Position numbers and translations under genes: made by a program
From: Minisyncoccota bacterium
GTDB taxonomy: Bacteria > Patescibacteriota > Minisyncoccia > Phycocordibacterales > SW-6-46-9
Assembly (NCBI GenBank): GCA_040905385.1
Contig: JBBDRP010000002.1
Span: 395,526 to 459,525 of the forward strand
Direction: 5' to 3'
DNA: 64,000 nt
Shown: positions 1 to 7,943 of the stretch, in pieces
Numbering within the stretch: the stretch's first letter is position 1
Layout of the letters: each line of letters starts with the position of its first letter
The notes under the pieces: model-generated
Databases searched by the model: none
Seen by the model: the letters and a program-made list of their open reading frames with translations, nothing else
What the model was told of the DNA's origin: nothing

Positions 1-115
1 CGTGTTGTATAGGCTGAGTTTGCTTTCACTTGCATTCATACGTCACATTGTATCATTTATGTTGTGTTTATAACCAAGTTGCGATAGGTCGTCGGCTGTG
101 GCAAACTGGTAGGTA

Positions 116-1357
116 ATGACGTTGCCAAAAAGCTCAGCCAAAACAGCCGTTGGAGCAATTTTCTTTTCACTTATTATATTTGGAGTTGGTTTTTACTATG
201 GAAACATTCATGAGCAGGAGTACGGCAATAATGCAAATTTACTTGATTCACGTGAGGTGACACAGGATGATGTTGATTTTGAGGTTTTTTGGGAAGCCTG
301 GAACGTGCTGAACGAAAAGTTTGTATCCCAAAGCGGTACGTCAACTGATGAGCAGTACACAGATGAGCAGAAGCGAGTCTACGGTGCTATTCAGGGAATG
401 ACTCGATCGCTTGGGGATCCGTACACTACCTTTTTGCCACCGTCTGAAAATGAGACTTTTTCCGAGACGATATCCGGTGAATTTGGAGGTGTAGGAATGG
501 AGGTAGGAAACCGGGACGGTATCATCACCATTATCTCACCACTGAAAGGTTCTCCTGCTGAGGCGGCCGGCGTGCAACCAGGAGACCGAATTCTGAAAAT
601 TGACGGTGAATCAACCGAAATAACCTCACTTCAGCGAGCGGTTCAAAAAATCCGTGGTGAGGTTGGCACAGAGGTTAGCTTAACGGTACTACGTGAAGGT
701 GAAAGTGAAACCACAGAAATCACTATTGTGCGTGATTTAATTCAGGTTCCGACTATCCATACTGAGGTTCGGGATGATGCTTTTGTGATTTCACTGTATA
801 ATTTCTCGGCTCAGTCAGCTGAGCTCTTCCGACAGGCCTTGCTCGAGTATAATGTCTCTGGTAAGGATAATCTTGTGATCGATCTGCGAAATAATGCTGG
901 TGGGTTCTTGCAGGCATCGGTTCAAATTGCTAGTTTCTTTGTAGATGAAGGTAAGGTGATTGTGGAAGAAGACTTTGGCAGCAAGCAGGAACCCCGTGTG
1001 TATCGATCACGCGGATACGATCTAGTACCAGAATCAACGAATGTTGTGGTGCTTGTGAATGGTGGAAGTGCCTCGGCTTCAGAGATTGTTGCCGGCGCAC
1101 TGCGTGACCACGGAGTTGCTCAGCTGGTTGGTACGCAGACCTTTGGTAAGGGTTCGGTACAAGAGTTGGTTGATCTGTCTGGTGAGACAGCGCTGAAGGT
1201 GACGGTCGCGCGCTGGATGACACCGAACGGTGTGTCTATCTCTGAGGGCGGGCTGGAGCCGGATGTGGTAATTGAACGGGAGGATGAAGAGGATCCAGAA
1301 GTATACTCTCAGCGACAGATTGAAAGAGCAATTCAGGTGCTGCTGAATGATAATTAA
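116..1357 (+). CDS. ctpA: Carboxyl-terminal processing (tail-specific) protease, S41 family
   Basis: N-terminal TM anchor, then PDZ-like region and S41 catalytic region with conserved blocks LRNNAGG and GGSASASEI..GTQTFGKG. Confidence 0.85.
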   Translation: MTLPKSSAKTAVGAIFFSLIIFGVGFYYGNIHEQEYGNNANLLDSREVTQDDVDFEVFWEAWNVLNEKFVSQSGTSTDEQYTDEQKRVYGAIQGMTRSLGDPYTTFLPPSENETFSETISGEFGGVGMEVGNRDGIITIISPLKGSPAEAAGVQPGDRILKIDGESTEITSLQRAVQKIRGEVGTEVSLTVLREGESETTEITIVRDLIQVPTIHTEVRDDAFVISLYNFSAQSAELFRQALLEYNVSGKDNLVIDLRNNAGGFLQASVQIASFFVDEGKVIVEEDFGSKQEPRVYRSRGYDLVPESTNVVVLVNGGSASASEIVAGALRDHGVAQLVGTQTFGKGSVQELVDLSGETALKVTVARWMTPNGVSISEGGLEPDVVIEREDEEDPEVYSQRQIERAIQVLLNDN

Positions 1358-1377
1358 TACATTAAATAAATACAGAT

Positions 1378-1923
1378 ATGAAGGTAATTCTATTACAGGA
1401 CGTTCCAAACGTAGGAAAGAAATTTCAGGAAGCTGAGGTTGCCAATGGCTATGGCAGTAACTACCTTATCCCGAATGGTCTGGCACAGGTGGCTACAGAG
1501 GAAACCTTGGCCCGTTACAGTGCTCAGCAGGAGGCTGCTGAGGCAGCTCGACAGGAAGCTCGTGAGAAGCTAGCAACAGCCGTGGAGACGATTGATGGTA
1601 GTACTGTTACCATCACCGTAGAGAATGCTGGTGATCAAGGTCAGCTATTTGCTGGTATTTATCCCCAAGACATAGCCGCGGCTGTAAATAAGGAGTTCGG
1701 TGTGGATATTGCCGGTGTGGATATTGACCGAGACGCACCAATCAGCAAGGTGGGGGAGGAAGATGTGACCGTATCAATCCTGGATACGACCGTGACTGTT
1801 ACCGTCGAGGTGACTGCAGATAACTTTACCGATGAGGCTGATCCGGATGCAGATGAGGAGGAAGTAGAAGAGTATGATGAAGATTTCGTTGATGATGAGG
1901 TCGCGGATGAAGAAGAGGAATAG
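1378..1923 (+). CDS. rplI: 50S ribosomal protein L9 with poly-acidic C-terminal tail
   Basis: N-terminal MKVILLQDVPNVGK..EV..GY..NYLIP matches the L9 signature; the C-terminal 30 aa are D/E-rich (DEADPDADEEEVEEYDEDFVDDEVADEEEE). Confidence 0.85.
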   Translation: MKVILLQDVPNVGKKFQEAEVANGYGSNYLIPNGLAQVATEETLARYSAQQEAAEAARQEAREKLATAVETIDGSTVTITVENAGDQGQLFAGIYPQDIAAAVNKEFGVDIAGVDIDRDAPISKVGEEDVTVSILDTTVTVTVEVTADNFTDEADPDADEEEVEEYDEDFVDDEVADEEEE

Positions 1924-1931
1924 CACTAGTG

Positions 1932-1966
1932 GAAAGTCTAAAGTAGAAGGTCTAAAGTCAAAAACC
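1932..1966. repeat. Heptamer tandem repeat array (GAAAGTC TAAAGTA GAAGGTC TAAAGTC AAAAACC), GAAAGTN family
   Basis: Five contiguous 7-nt units directly after the rplI stop, merging into the terminator hairpin. Confidence 0.7.
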
Positions 1967-1986
1967 GCCGTTAGGCGGTTTTTGTG
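1961..1986 (+). terminator. Rho-independent terminator after rplI
   Basis: Hairpin accgcc-gtta-ggcggt followed by a T-run. Confidence 0.7.
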
Positions 1987-2055
1987 TTAAATGTGACTAA
2001 TTATAGGGCTATTATAAGAAAAAGGTATGTACTACTTGCCTGCGTAAAGCAGACA

Positions 2056-2205
2056 TGACTACCAAGCGGAGTGAGCGAAACGCAAGTTTACTTGCATGTC
2101 CGAACGGAGCGCCGGGAGGCAGATTGATAAATCTGCTCATCAAACGGAGTGAGCGACATGGTCACTTGTATCCATGTCCGAACGTAGTGCAGAGAGACAA
2201 ATAAA
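2056..2205. repeat. Structured repeat family, locus 1: two tandem ~65-nt units (ACCAAGCGGAGTGAGCGA..hairpin..TGTCCGAACGGAGCG..hairpin)
   Basis: Units at about 2056-2140 and 2141-2205 share the motifs cggagtgagcga and gtccgaacg with a second locus at 17813-17950; the internal hairpins covary between copies (gcaagt/acttgc vs gacatgg/ccatgtc; gcagat/atctgc vs gcagg/cctgc). Confidence 0.55.
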
Positions 2206-2210
2206 TGGCT

Positions 2211-2235
2211 AATATTCGCAGTATTTGCGAATATT
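2211..2235. promoter_or_regulatory. Perfect palindromic operator AATATTCGCA-N5-TGCGAATATT upstream of the promoter of gene 2399..3130
   Basis: 10-bp inverted repeat with 5-bp spacer, centred about 50 bp upstream of the -35; nearly identical copy at 31684..31708. Confidence 0.6.
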
Positions 2236-2269
2236 AAGAGTATACTCGGACAAATGTCCCACCATTTAT

Positions 2270-2297
2270 TTGACAAACATTATACAATATGTACTAT
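2270..2297 (+). promoter_or_regulatory. Sigma70-type promoter (TTGACA-16-TACTAT) for gene 2399..3130
   Basis: Consensus -35 and near-consensus -10 with 16-bp spacer; the whole about 110-bp block is duplicated at 31680-31790. Confidence 0.55.
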
Positions 2298-2398
2298 TAT
2301 AGTCAGAAAGTAATAGATAGATCAAATAATGGTCTTTCAAATTTTAACCAAGAGGACGCAAGATGTACTCCTCTCCAAAGCAAAAAAGGTGAAACCGT

Positions 2399-3130
2399 AT
2401 GAAAATTCTTGTTATCGAAGATACTCAAAAACACCTGCAAGACGCTAAAGAATACGTATCAAATCTTGTGAATTGCTCGGTTCATTATGCAACCACACTC
2501 ACAGAAGCCATGGAATTACTCGAGAAGAATGAGTACGATGCCGTAATTTCTGATGTATTCTTTCCTGCAGACAGTGAGTCTGAGGCAGATACATATGAGA
2601 ATGCGCTGACAGTTTCTAAAAAACTGAGAGAACTCGATGTTTACCACGTGTTTAACACATCCTTGCATCACCATGGTTCTGGCTTCGGGAATTTTTTCAG
2701 TGACGCTAAAATCCTTCAGGATTTTAGTCTTGCTAAGATCATTGAGGTATTTCCTGATGTAAATAGCTGGAATGAAGCCGTAAACAGCATCAGTCTAGTA
2801 TCTTACCCATTCACAATAGGGGTAGTTCTTGAGTCAAATATTAGTGGAGAAGAGGTGGATACGAAGCAGTGGGAAGGAGCTTTCCGTCAAGTTATTTTGG
2901 CTATTGAGGTTCGTCCTATTATTCTAGAAAATCGATTCAAGCTTTCAAAAGCACTTAAAAAAGGAAGAGATGGAAAAGGATACGAAGATCTGAATTCTCT
3001 CGTAGAAAAATACTATGGTGGTCCGATAAAAACTAGTTTCCATACCATTTTTGACTATGGACGTACCACTTCAAATTTAAGAGATACTCCAGACCATTTC
3101 CAGAAAATTTTTAAAAAATACAATGCTTAA
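2399..3130 (+). CDS. Orphan response-regulator receiver-domain protein with uncharacterised C-terminal domain
   Basis: N-terminus MKILVIEDT..DAVISDVFFP resembles a CheY-like receiver (acid pocket E7/D8, putative phospho-Asp in ISDVF); the C-terminal about 120 aa have no recognisable domain; AT-rich gene behind the duplicated operator/promoter cassette. Confidence 0.5.
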   Translation: MKILVIEDTQKHLQDAKEYVSNLVNCSVHYATTLTEAMELLEKNEYDAVISDVFFPADSESEADTYENALTVSKKLRELDVYHVFNTSLHHHGSGFGNFFSDAKILQDFSLAKIIEVFPDVNSWNEAVNSISLVSYPFTIGVVLESNISGEEVDTKQWEGAFRQVILAIEVRPIILENRFKLSKALKKGRDGKGYEDLNSLVEKYYGGPIKTSFHTIFDYGRTTSNLRDTPDHFQKIFKKYNA

Positions 3131-3212
3131 AAATTGGATTGTCTAGACCAGAAGATTTGTGGATGATTTCGTAAGAAATCTGTACACAGATTAAACCAAT
3201 AAATTAAAGGCG

Positions 3213-3240
3213 GCAAGATTGAATCTTGTCGTCTTTTTTC
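3213..3240. terminator. Bidirectional terminator between 2399..3130 and rnr
   Basis: Hairpin caagat-tga-atcttg followed by tcgtctttttt. Confidence 0.5.
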
Positions 3241-3305
3241 ATACCCAAATATTTAGTTTTTAGTCAACCAGCATGGTCAAACGAATAAATGAGGCACAAA
3301 TTTTT

Positions 3306-5276
3306 TTAATCACTTTCTACTAGAGAAAAATCAATCTCCCGATTATCGATGTTGACCTTGGTTAGCTTGACCTTTACTTCATCACCGAGGGTAAAGGTGC
3401 GGCCACTGTCACGACCAACGAGGGCGTAGTTTTCCTTATCCAGCTCGTAGTAGTCATCGTTGAGGGAACGCATTGATACCATGCCATTGGCCAGCGTCTT
3501 CTTCTCTTCGACGTAGAAGCCGCGCTTGGAGATACCACTGATAACGGCCGTAAACTCCTCGCCAATGTGATTCTCCATGTACTCAGCACGCTTGAAGGAG
3601 ATTGAGTCACGCTCGGCATCCATCACCTCACGCTCGCGCTCAGAGGCGTGCTTGGCAGCTGATTGATAGAAGTTGAATTCCTGCGGTGGGACCGGAATAT
3701 CATTCAGGTGCTTGTAGAGCAGGCGATGAACCAGCAGGTCGGGGTAGCGACGAATTGGGGAGGTGAAGTGGGTGTAGTACTCGAAAGCGAGACCGAAGTG
3801 ACCCTTGTTGGTGGTCTCATAAATCGCCTTGTCCATAGTGCGGATTACCTCGGTATTGACGAGGCCTTCTTCGGCCTTACCCTCGGCCTGGTTAAGCAGG
3901 GCGTTAATGTCGCTGTGGGTGATTTCGGCACCTTTCTCTAGCTCGAAGTCGTAACCAAGGGCACGCAGAAAGACTCCAAGCTCAGCAAGCCGGTCGCGGT
4001 CAGGAAGCCCGTGAACACGATAAACAAAGAAGTGACGCTCATCCTCATCCTCGGTCATACGGTGAATTTCCTTGGCAATCTCGCGGTTGGCCAGAAGCAT
4101 GTACTCCTCGACGAGCTCGTGAGTATCCATGTGTTCCTTTTTGGTAATAGACAGCACCGTACCATCATCGGTAATGTCGAACTCGACCTCTTCGCCGTGA
4201 AAGTTGATGGAGCCGTTAGAGAATCGCCGGTTTCGGAAGGTCTTGGCGATGTTATTTAAAATTAGCAGTTCATCAGAGAATTCATCATTTCCTGAATCAA
4301 TCTGTTTCTGCGCCTGTTCGTAGGTGAAGCGCTTGTCTGAGTGGATGATGCCTTTTCCAAACCAGCGATCCAGCACATTTCCTTCTGGAGAAACCGTAAA
4401 TTCAGCCGAGAAGGCCAGGCGATCAAGATTAGGGTTCAGCGAACAGAGATCATTAGAAAGAATCGGTGGTAGCATCGGAATCGTTCGGTCAACGAGGTAA
4501 GCAGAGAAGGAGCGCTTACGGGCCTCGCGATCGATGGCGGTGCCGGGCTGAACAAAGTGGGATACATCGGCGATGTGAACACCGATTTTGTAGTTTCCGT
4601 CCTTCTGCCGCTGAAAGGTGATGGCATCATCAAAGTCCTTGGCGGTTACGGGGTCGATGGTCATCGTGAGGACATCGCGAAAGTCACGCCGCTCGGAGAG
4701 GTCGACGTCGTCCATGCTCCAGTCCTCAAGCTCGGCAGCCTCGGCCATAACATCATCAGGGAAGTCAACTTCGATACCTTTGTCCATCAGAATCGATTTA
4801 ATTTCGACTTCATGATCGCCCTTTGGGCCGAGTACCTCAATAACCTTTCCGGCTGGATTGCGATCCTTGTTAATGTCGCCCCAGTCGGTAATCTCTACTA
4901 GTACCTTGTGACCGTCGGGAATTTCCTCATTCGTACGGACGAAGATGTCCTGGTACATGTGCTTTTTATCCGGCAGTAGGAAGTAGGTGTTGCCGTTTCG
5001 CTGGATAGTACCCACAAACTGTGTGCGAGCCCGGCGAACGACTTCGACAACCTCACCAATCATCAGGTCACCACGGTCATTCTTGATATCCGGTCGAGGC
5101 TTAACTTTTACGGTGTCGCCGTCGTAGGCATTGTTGATGTAGTCGGTCGGGATGACTAGGTCAGCAACATCCTTAACATCCTCTGGGTCGTGGGGAGGGG
5201 TAACGAACCCAACGCCGCTGCCGATGGTGGAGATAACTGTCTCAAATATATCTTCAGAATTTTTTTCTTGTGTCAT
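3306..5276 (-). CDS. rnr: Ribonuclease R (RNB family 3'-5' exoribonuclease with C-terminal S1 domain)
   Basis: 656 aa; cold-shock-like N-terminal domain, central RNB catalytic domain, C-terminal S1-like domain (GEEFTAVISGISKRGFYVEE..GMVSMRSL). Confidence 0.9.
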   Translation of the reverse strand: MTQEKNSEDIFETVISTIGSGVGFVTPPHDPEDVKDVADLVIPTDYINNAYDGDTVKVKPRPDIKNDRGDLMIGEVVEVVRRARTQFVGTIQRNGNTYFLLPDKKHMYQDIFVRTNEEIPDGHKVLVEITDWGDINKDRNPAGKVIEVLGPKGDHEVEIKSILMDKGIEVDFPDDVMAEAAELEDWSMDDVDLSERRDFRDVLTMTIDPVTAKDFDDAITFQRQKDGNYKIGVHIADVSHFVQPGTAIDREARKRSFSAYLVDRTIPMLPPILSNDLCSLNPNLDRLAFSAEFTVSPEGNVLDRWFGKGIIHSDKRFTYEQAQKQIDSGNDEFSDELLILNNIAKTFRNRRFSNGSINFHGEEVEFDITDDGTVLSITKKEHMDTHELVEEYMLLANREIAKEIHRMTEDEDERHFFVYRVHGLPDRDRLAELGVFLRALGYDFELEKGAEITHSDINALLNQAEGKAEEGLVNTEVIRTMDKAIYETTNKGHFGLAFEYYTHFTSPIRRYPDLLVHRLLYKHLNDIPVPPQEFNFYQSAAKHASEREREVMDAERDSISFKRAEYMENHIGEEFTAVISGISKRGFYVEEKKTLANGMVSMRSLNDDYYELDKENYALVGRDSGRTFTLGDEVKVKLTKVNIDNREIDFSLVESD

Positions 5277-5394
5277 ATGTCTATGAGTGTATCACAGTCA
5301 GGTGATTTTATAAGTCGCTTGTATAATATTGACAAATAGACAATATTAGGTAGAATAATAATCAGACTAAATCTTTAATAAAACGGAGAATAAA

Positions 5395-5757
5395 ATGGAA
5401 AAGGAAGTAGCGGTAATACTCACTATTATTGGAGCACTTGCGTATGGAGCAACATTCACTGCCATTCCGGCAATATCATTAATTATGTTTGGGCTGGGTG
5501 TAGTCGTTTCCATATTTGCTGGCCCTGAAGTTTTATATCCTGAAGTCGAGAAAGTTATGAAGATATTTTTTTGGGCCGCACTTGCATCAGTTACGTCCAT
5601 CGTATTATTGTGGATTGATTACTTTGGCGTCACCCAGTATTTCCCACGATCTATGGATTTCTACTTCTATGCCGTCTTTAGCTATGGTTCACTAATTGCT
5701 ATGGGACATTTATTCTATTTTATGATTAAGAAAAAACATACTCATTCTAATGAATAA
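5395..5757 (+). CDS. Hypothetical small membrane protein (3-4 TM)
   Basis: Hydrophobic 120-aa ORF with RBS; followed by a terminator hairpin at about 5779-5808. Confidence 0.4.
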   Translation: MEKEVAVILTIIGALAYGATFTAIPAISLIMFGLGVVVSIFAGPEVLYPEVEKVMKIFFWAALASVTSIVLLWIDYFGVTQYFPRSMDFYFYAVFSYGSLIAMGHLFYFMIKKKHTHSNE

Positions 5758-5883
5758 ATAATTAATTAAAATCTAATAAAACCGTCCCTGTAACTGGGGC
5801 GGTTTTTTATATAGCAGCCTACGCAAAGCTTATAGAGCCTGGTATAGTGTAGATAGAGCCAACCTTCACATAATCCCGATCCC

Positions 5884-6177
5884 ATGGAAACTCTCACCTC
5901 TGTATTCACTGGTGGCTTACTAGTAACATACATCGCATTGATCGCGTATGTCGTGTATCAGTTTGCCGCAACTTGCGCATCCTGTACGTTACGCAATTGT
6001 CTGCATTATATTCTGTCACTATTAACTTTGTTCGCTTTTTTCTGGCTAAGCTCAGGATTGTCCTTAGTACAGGATATTGCGTATCCAGATAAATTCGTTG
6101 CACTCGTCATGCTCACTATCTGTAGCATCATGGCTGGCGCGATTTTTTACATAAAGTATCCACAATTAGAAACCTAA
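5884..6177 (+). CDS. Hypothetical small membrane protein
   Basis: 97-aa hydrophobic ORF, Cys-containing N-terminal region. Confidence 0.35.
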   Translation: METLTSVFTGGLLVTYIALIAYVVYQFAATCASCTLRNCLHYILSLLTLFAFFWLSSGLSLVQDIAYPDKFVALVMLTICSIMAGAIFYIKYPQLET

Positions 6178-6257
6178 ATCCATGCCACTGTTGGTTTAAC
6201 ACCCCAACAGTGGCTTTTTCTTTGCATTATGTTGTATTTCTGCTATTATTTTCCCAT

Positions 6258-6704
6258 ATGTTACGAATAAGACTTTCAAGAGTAGGCCGAAAACACGACC
6301 CATCCTATCGGATGATTGTGACGGAAAAAGGTCGTGGGCCACAAACAGGAAATTATGTTGAGCAGGTTGGTACGTATGATGCTCGCTCAGACGAGCACAA
6401 CCTGAAGGCTGATCGTATTACGCACTGGATTTCAGTGGGTGCGCAGCCAAGTGATACGGTACACAACCTTCTTCTGAAGGCTGGTGTTATCAAGGGTGAG
6501 ACAGTTAATCCGCTGCCAAAGAAAACGCCGATTGTTTCTGAATCTGACCCCGTAAAGGAATCTGAAGATTCCCACGAGGCAGGAGAAGAAGAGGAAGCAG
6601 AAAAAGCTGATGAAGAATCTGATGACGAAGATAACGAAGCCGTGGAAGCTGAGGAAGATAATGAGGACGACGATACTGACGAAGAAGAGGAGGAAAATCA
6701 GTAG
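6258..6704 (+). CDS. rpsP: 30S ribosomal protein S16 with long poly-acidic C-terminal extension
   Basis: MLRIRLSRVGRKHDPSYRMIV..ITHWISVGAQPSDTV is canonical S16; internal ATG at 6258 within ORF 6210..6704; C-terminal about 65 aa are D/E-rich and carry the 41-nt element shared with udg. Confidence 0.85.
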   Translation: MLRIRLSRVGRKHDPSYRMIVTEKGRGPQTGNYVEQVGTYDARSDEHNLKADRITHWISVGAQPSDTVHNLLLKAGVIKGETVNPLPKKTPIVSESDPVKESEDSHEAGEEEEAEKADEESDDEDNEAVEAEEDNEDDDTDEEEEENQ

Positions 6705-6738
6705 AAAGTCGAAAGTCGAAAGTTGAAAGTTGAAAACC
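6704..6738. repeat. Heptamer tandem repeat array (GAAAGTC x2, GAAAGTT x2, GAAAACC)
   Basis: Five 7-nt units starting in the rpsP stop codon and running into the terminator stem. Confidence 0.7.
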
Positions 6739-6756
6739 GCCTAGGGGCGGTTTTTG
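6733..6756 (+). terminator. Rho-independent terminator after rpsP
   Basis: ccgcc-tagg-ggcgg stem followed by TTTTT. Confidence 0.7.
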
Positions 6757-6837
6757 TTTATTTAGAAATGTACCGTATAATGAAACTACAGTTTCGTCGA
6801 AGCTGTGATTAGCAAACCAATCTAGCTGAATCATATT

Positions 6838-7209
6838 ATGGCAGAATCACACGAAGATAAAGATTTTTTAGAATTTACAGTTAAGCATATTGTTGATAAC
6901 CCTGAAGCGGTGAACGTAGATCGAACCGTTGATGAGATGGGGGTACTAATGACACTGGATGTTCACGCTGATGACATGGGAAAGGTGATCGGCCGCAATG
7001 GTAATACTGCCAAGGCGCTACGCACGCTTCTACGGGTCGTGGGAATGAAGAATCAGGCTCGCGTTAACCTCAAGATTCGTGAACCAGAAGACCGAGAGGA
7101 TGCACCCGAAGCACCAGAATCATCTGCTCAAGACGCTGATGAAAAGGATGAAAAAGCGGATGACTCAGATACTTCTGTTGATGATGCGATGGAGGAATTG
7201 AAATCCTAG
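6838..7209 (+). CDS. KH-domain RNA-binding protein (YlqC/UPF0109-like) with acidic C-terminal tail
   Basis: VIGRNGNTAKALRTLL GxxG KH motif; conserved position between rpsP and trmD; C-terminal 45 aa acidic. Confidence 0.75.
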   Translation: MAESHEDKDFLEFTVKHIVDNPEAVNVDRTVDEMGVLMTLDVHADDMGKVIGRNGNTAKALRTLLRVVGMKNQARVNLKIREPEDREDAPEAPESSAQDADEKDEKADDSDTSVDDAMEELKS

Positions 7210-7230
7210 TTTCGAAACTTCATCAATAGT

Positions 7231-7260
7231 AAAAGCCGACCTTATTGGCCGGCTTTTTTA
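7231..7260. terminator. Bidirectional terminator between the KH gene and membrane gene 7242..7691
   Basis: aaaagccgacc-ttat-tggccggctttttt. Confidence 0.6.
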
Positions 7261-7691
7261 TGTTTATTTGCAGATTCTATAATCCTTCTTTTACCGAGCA
7301 TATACCCAATCCACGCACTCATAATTGTACTCGTAAATATTACAACAAGATAGGCTACAGCTAATTCTTCAAAACGTGAGAAGATATCAATAGGTAAGCT
7401 ACCTAGGAGAAATATTCCTAAAGGACTAAATAGTGCATACGTGGCTAAGCTTATACCCACCCATTGCTGATTTCCATCACTACTGACAAGATAAGCGAAT
7501 ACTGCAATGGAGAAAGCCATGATTAGTATAGAGATTACCGAAATTATAACAGCGATCGTCGTCATCTGTATACTGGTGATTTGAAATAAATCAGGAAATG
7601 CGAATACTTTAACAATTGCAGTGATTAACCAGATAAGAATTATAACTATTGCTGGATAAAAAGAGCCACTATGAGATTTTGAAGTTGACAT
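7242..7691 (-). CDS. Hypothetical 4-TM membrane protein (paralog A; divergent from trmD)
   Basis: 149-aa hydrophobic ORF; its upstream promoter region is about 85% identical to that of 8723..9142. Confidence 0.5.
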   Translation of the reverse strand: MSTSKSHSGSFYPAIVIILIWLITAIVKVFAFPDLFQITSIQMTTIAVIISVISILIMAFSIAVFAYLVSSDGNQQWVGISLATYALFSPLGIFLLGSLPIDIFSRFEELAVAYLVVIFTSTIMSAWIGYMLGKRRIIESANKHKKAGQ

Positions 7692-7733
7692 ACAACCTCC
7701 GGATTTAAGAGTTAAAGGTAGTTTCTGTCTTTA

Positions 7734-7762
7734 TTAATACCACTAAAATGCTATACTTGCAA
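7734..7762 (-). promoter_or_regulatory. Sigma70-type promoter for 7242..7691 (TTGCAA-17-TATTAA on the minus strand) with conserved spacer
   Basis: The same promoter, with a near-identical 17-bp spacer (ccacNaaaatgNtatac), recurs at 9185..9213. Confidence 0.5.
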
Positions 7763-7837
7763 GGTACGTGAATTCTCTACAAAATATAGAGGTTCAATCA
7801 TAATTCCTAATTCTTAAATTCTCTATTCAAAATTTCT

Positions 7838-7870
7838 ATGAAATTTTCAATAATTACAATATTTCCCTAA
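7838..7870 (+). repeat. Partial duplication of the trmD 5' end (atgaaattttcaataattacaatatttccctaa = MKFSIITIFP*)
   Basis: About 24 of 27 nt identical to the true trmD start region at 7944-7976 (aattcacaataattacaatatttcctgg), followed by a hairpin at 7899-7921. Confidence 0.55.
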
Positions 7871-7943
7871 AACAAATTTCTTTGAAATTTGTTCGGGCGA
7901 CGAAATCTTTTAGATTTCGTTTAGCCCAGACTAAAATCAATCT

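Noticed and set aside
2056-2205. Possible CRISPR array, given repeated units with hairpins
   Set aside because: Only two units per locus, unit length about 65-70 nt with no regular repeat/spacer alternation, and no cas genes except a stand-alone Cas4-like nuclease 10 kb away; not CRISPR.
2088-2276. 62-aa ORF on the - strand from the six-frame track
   Set aside because: Lies entirely within the structured repeat units and the operator/promoter cassette; no RBS; almost certainly non-coding.
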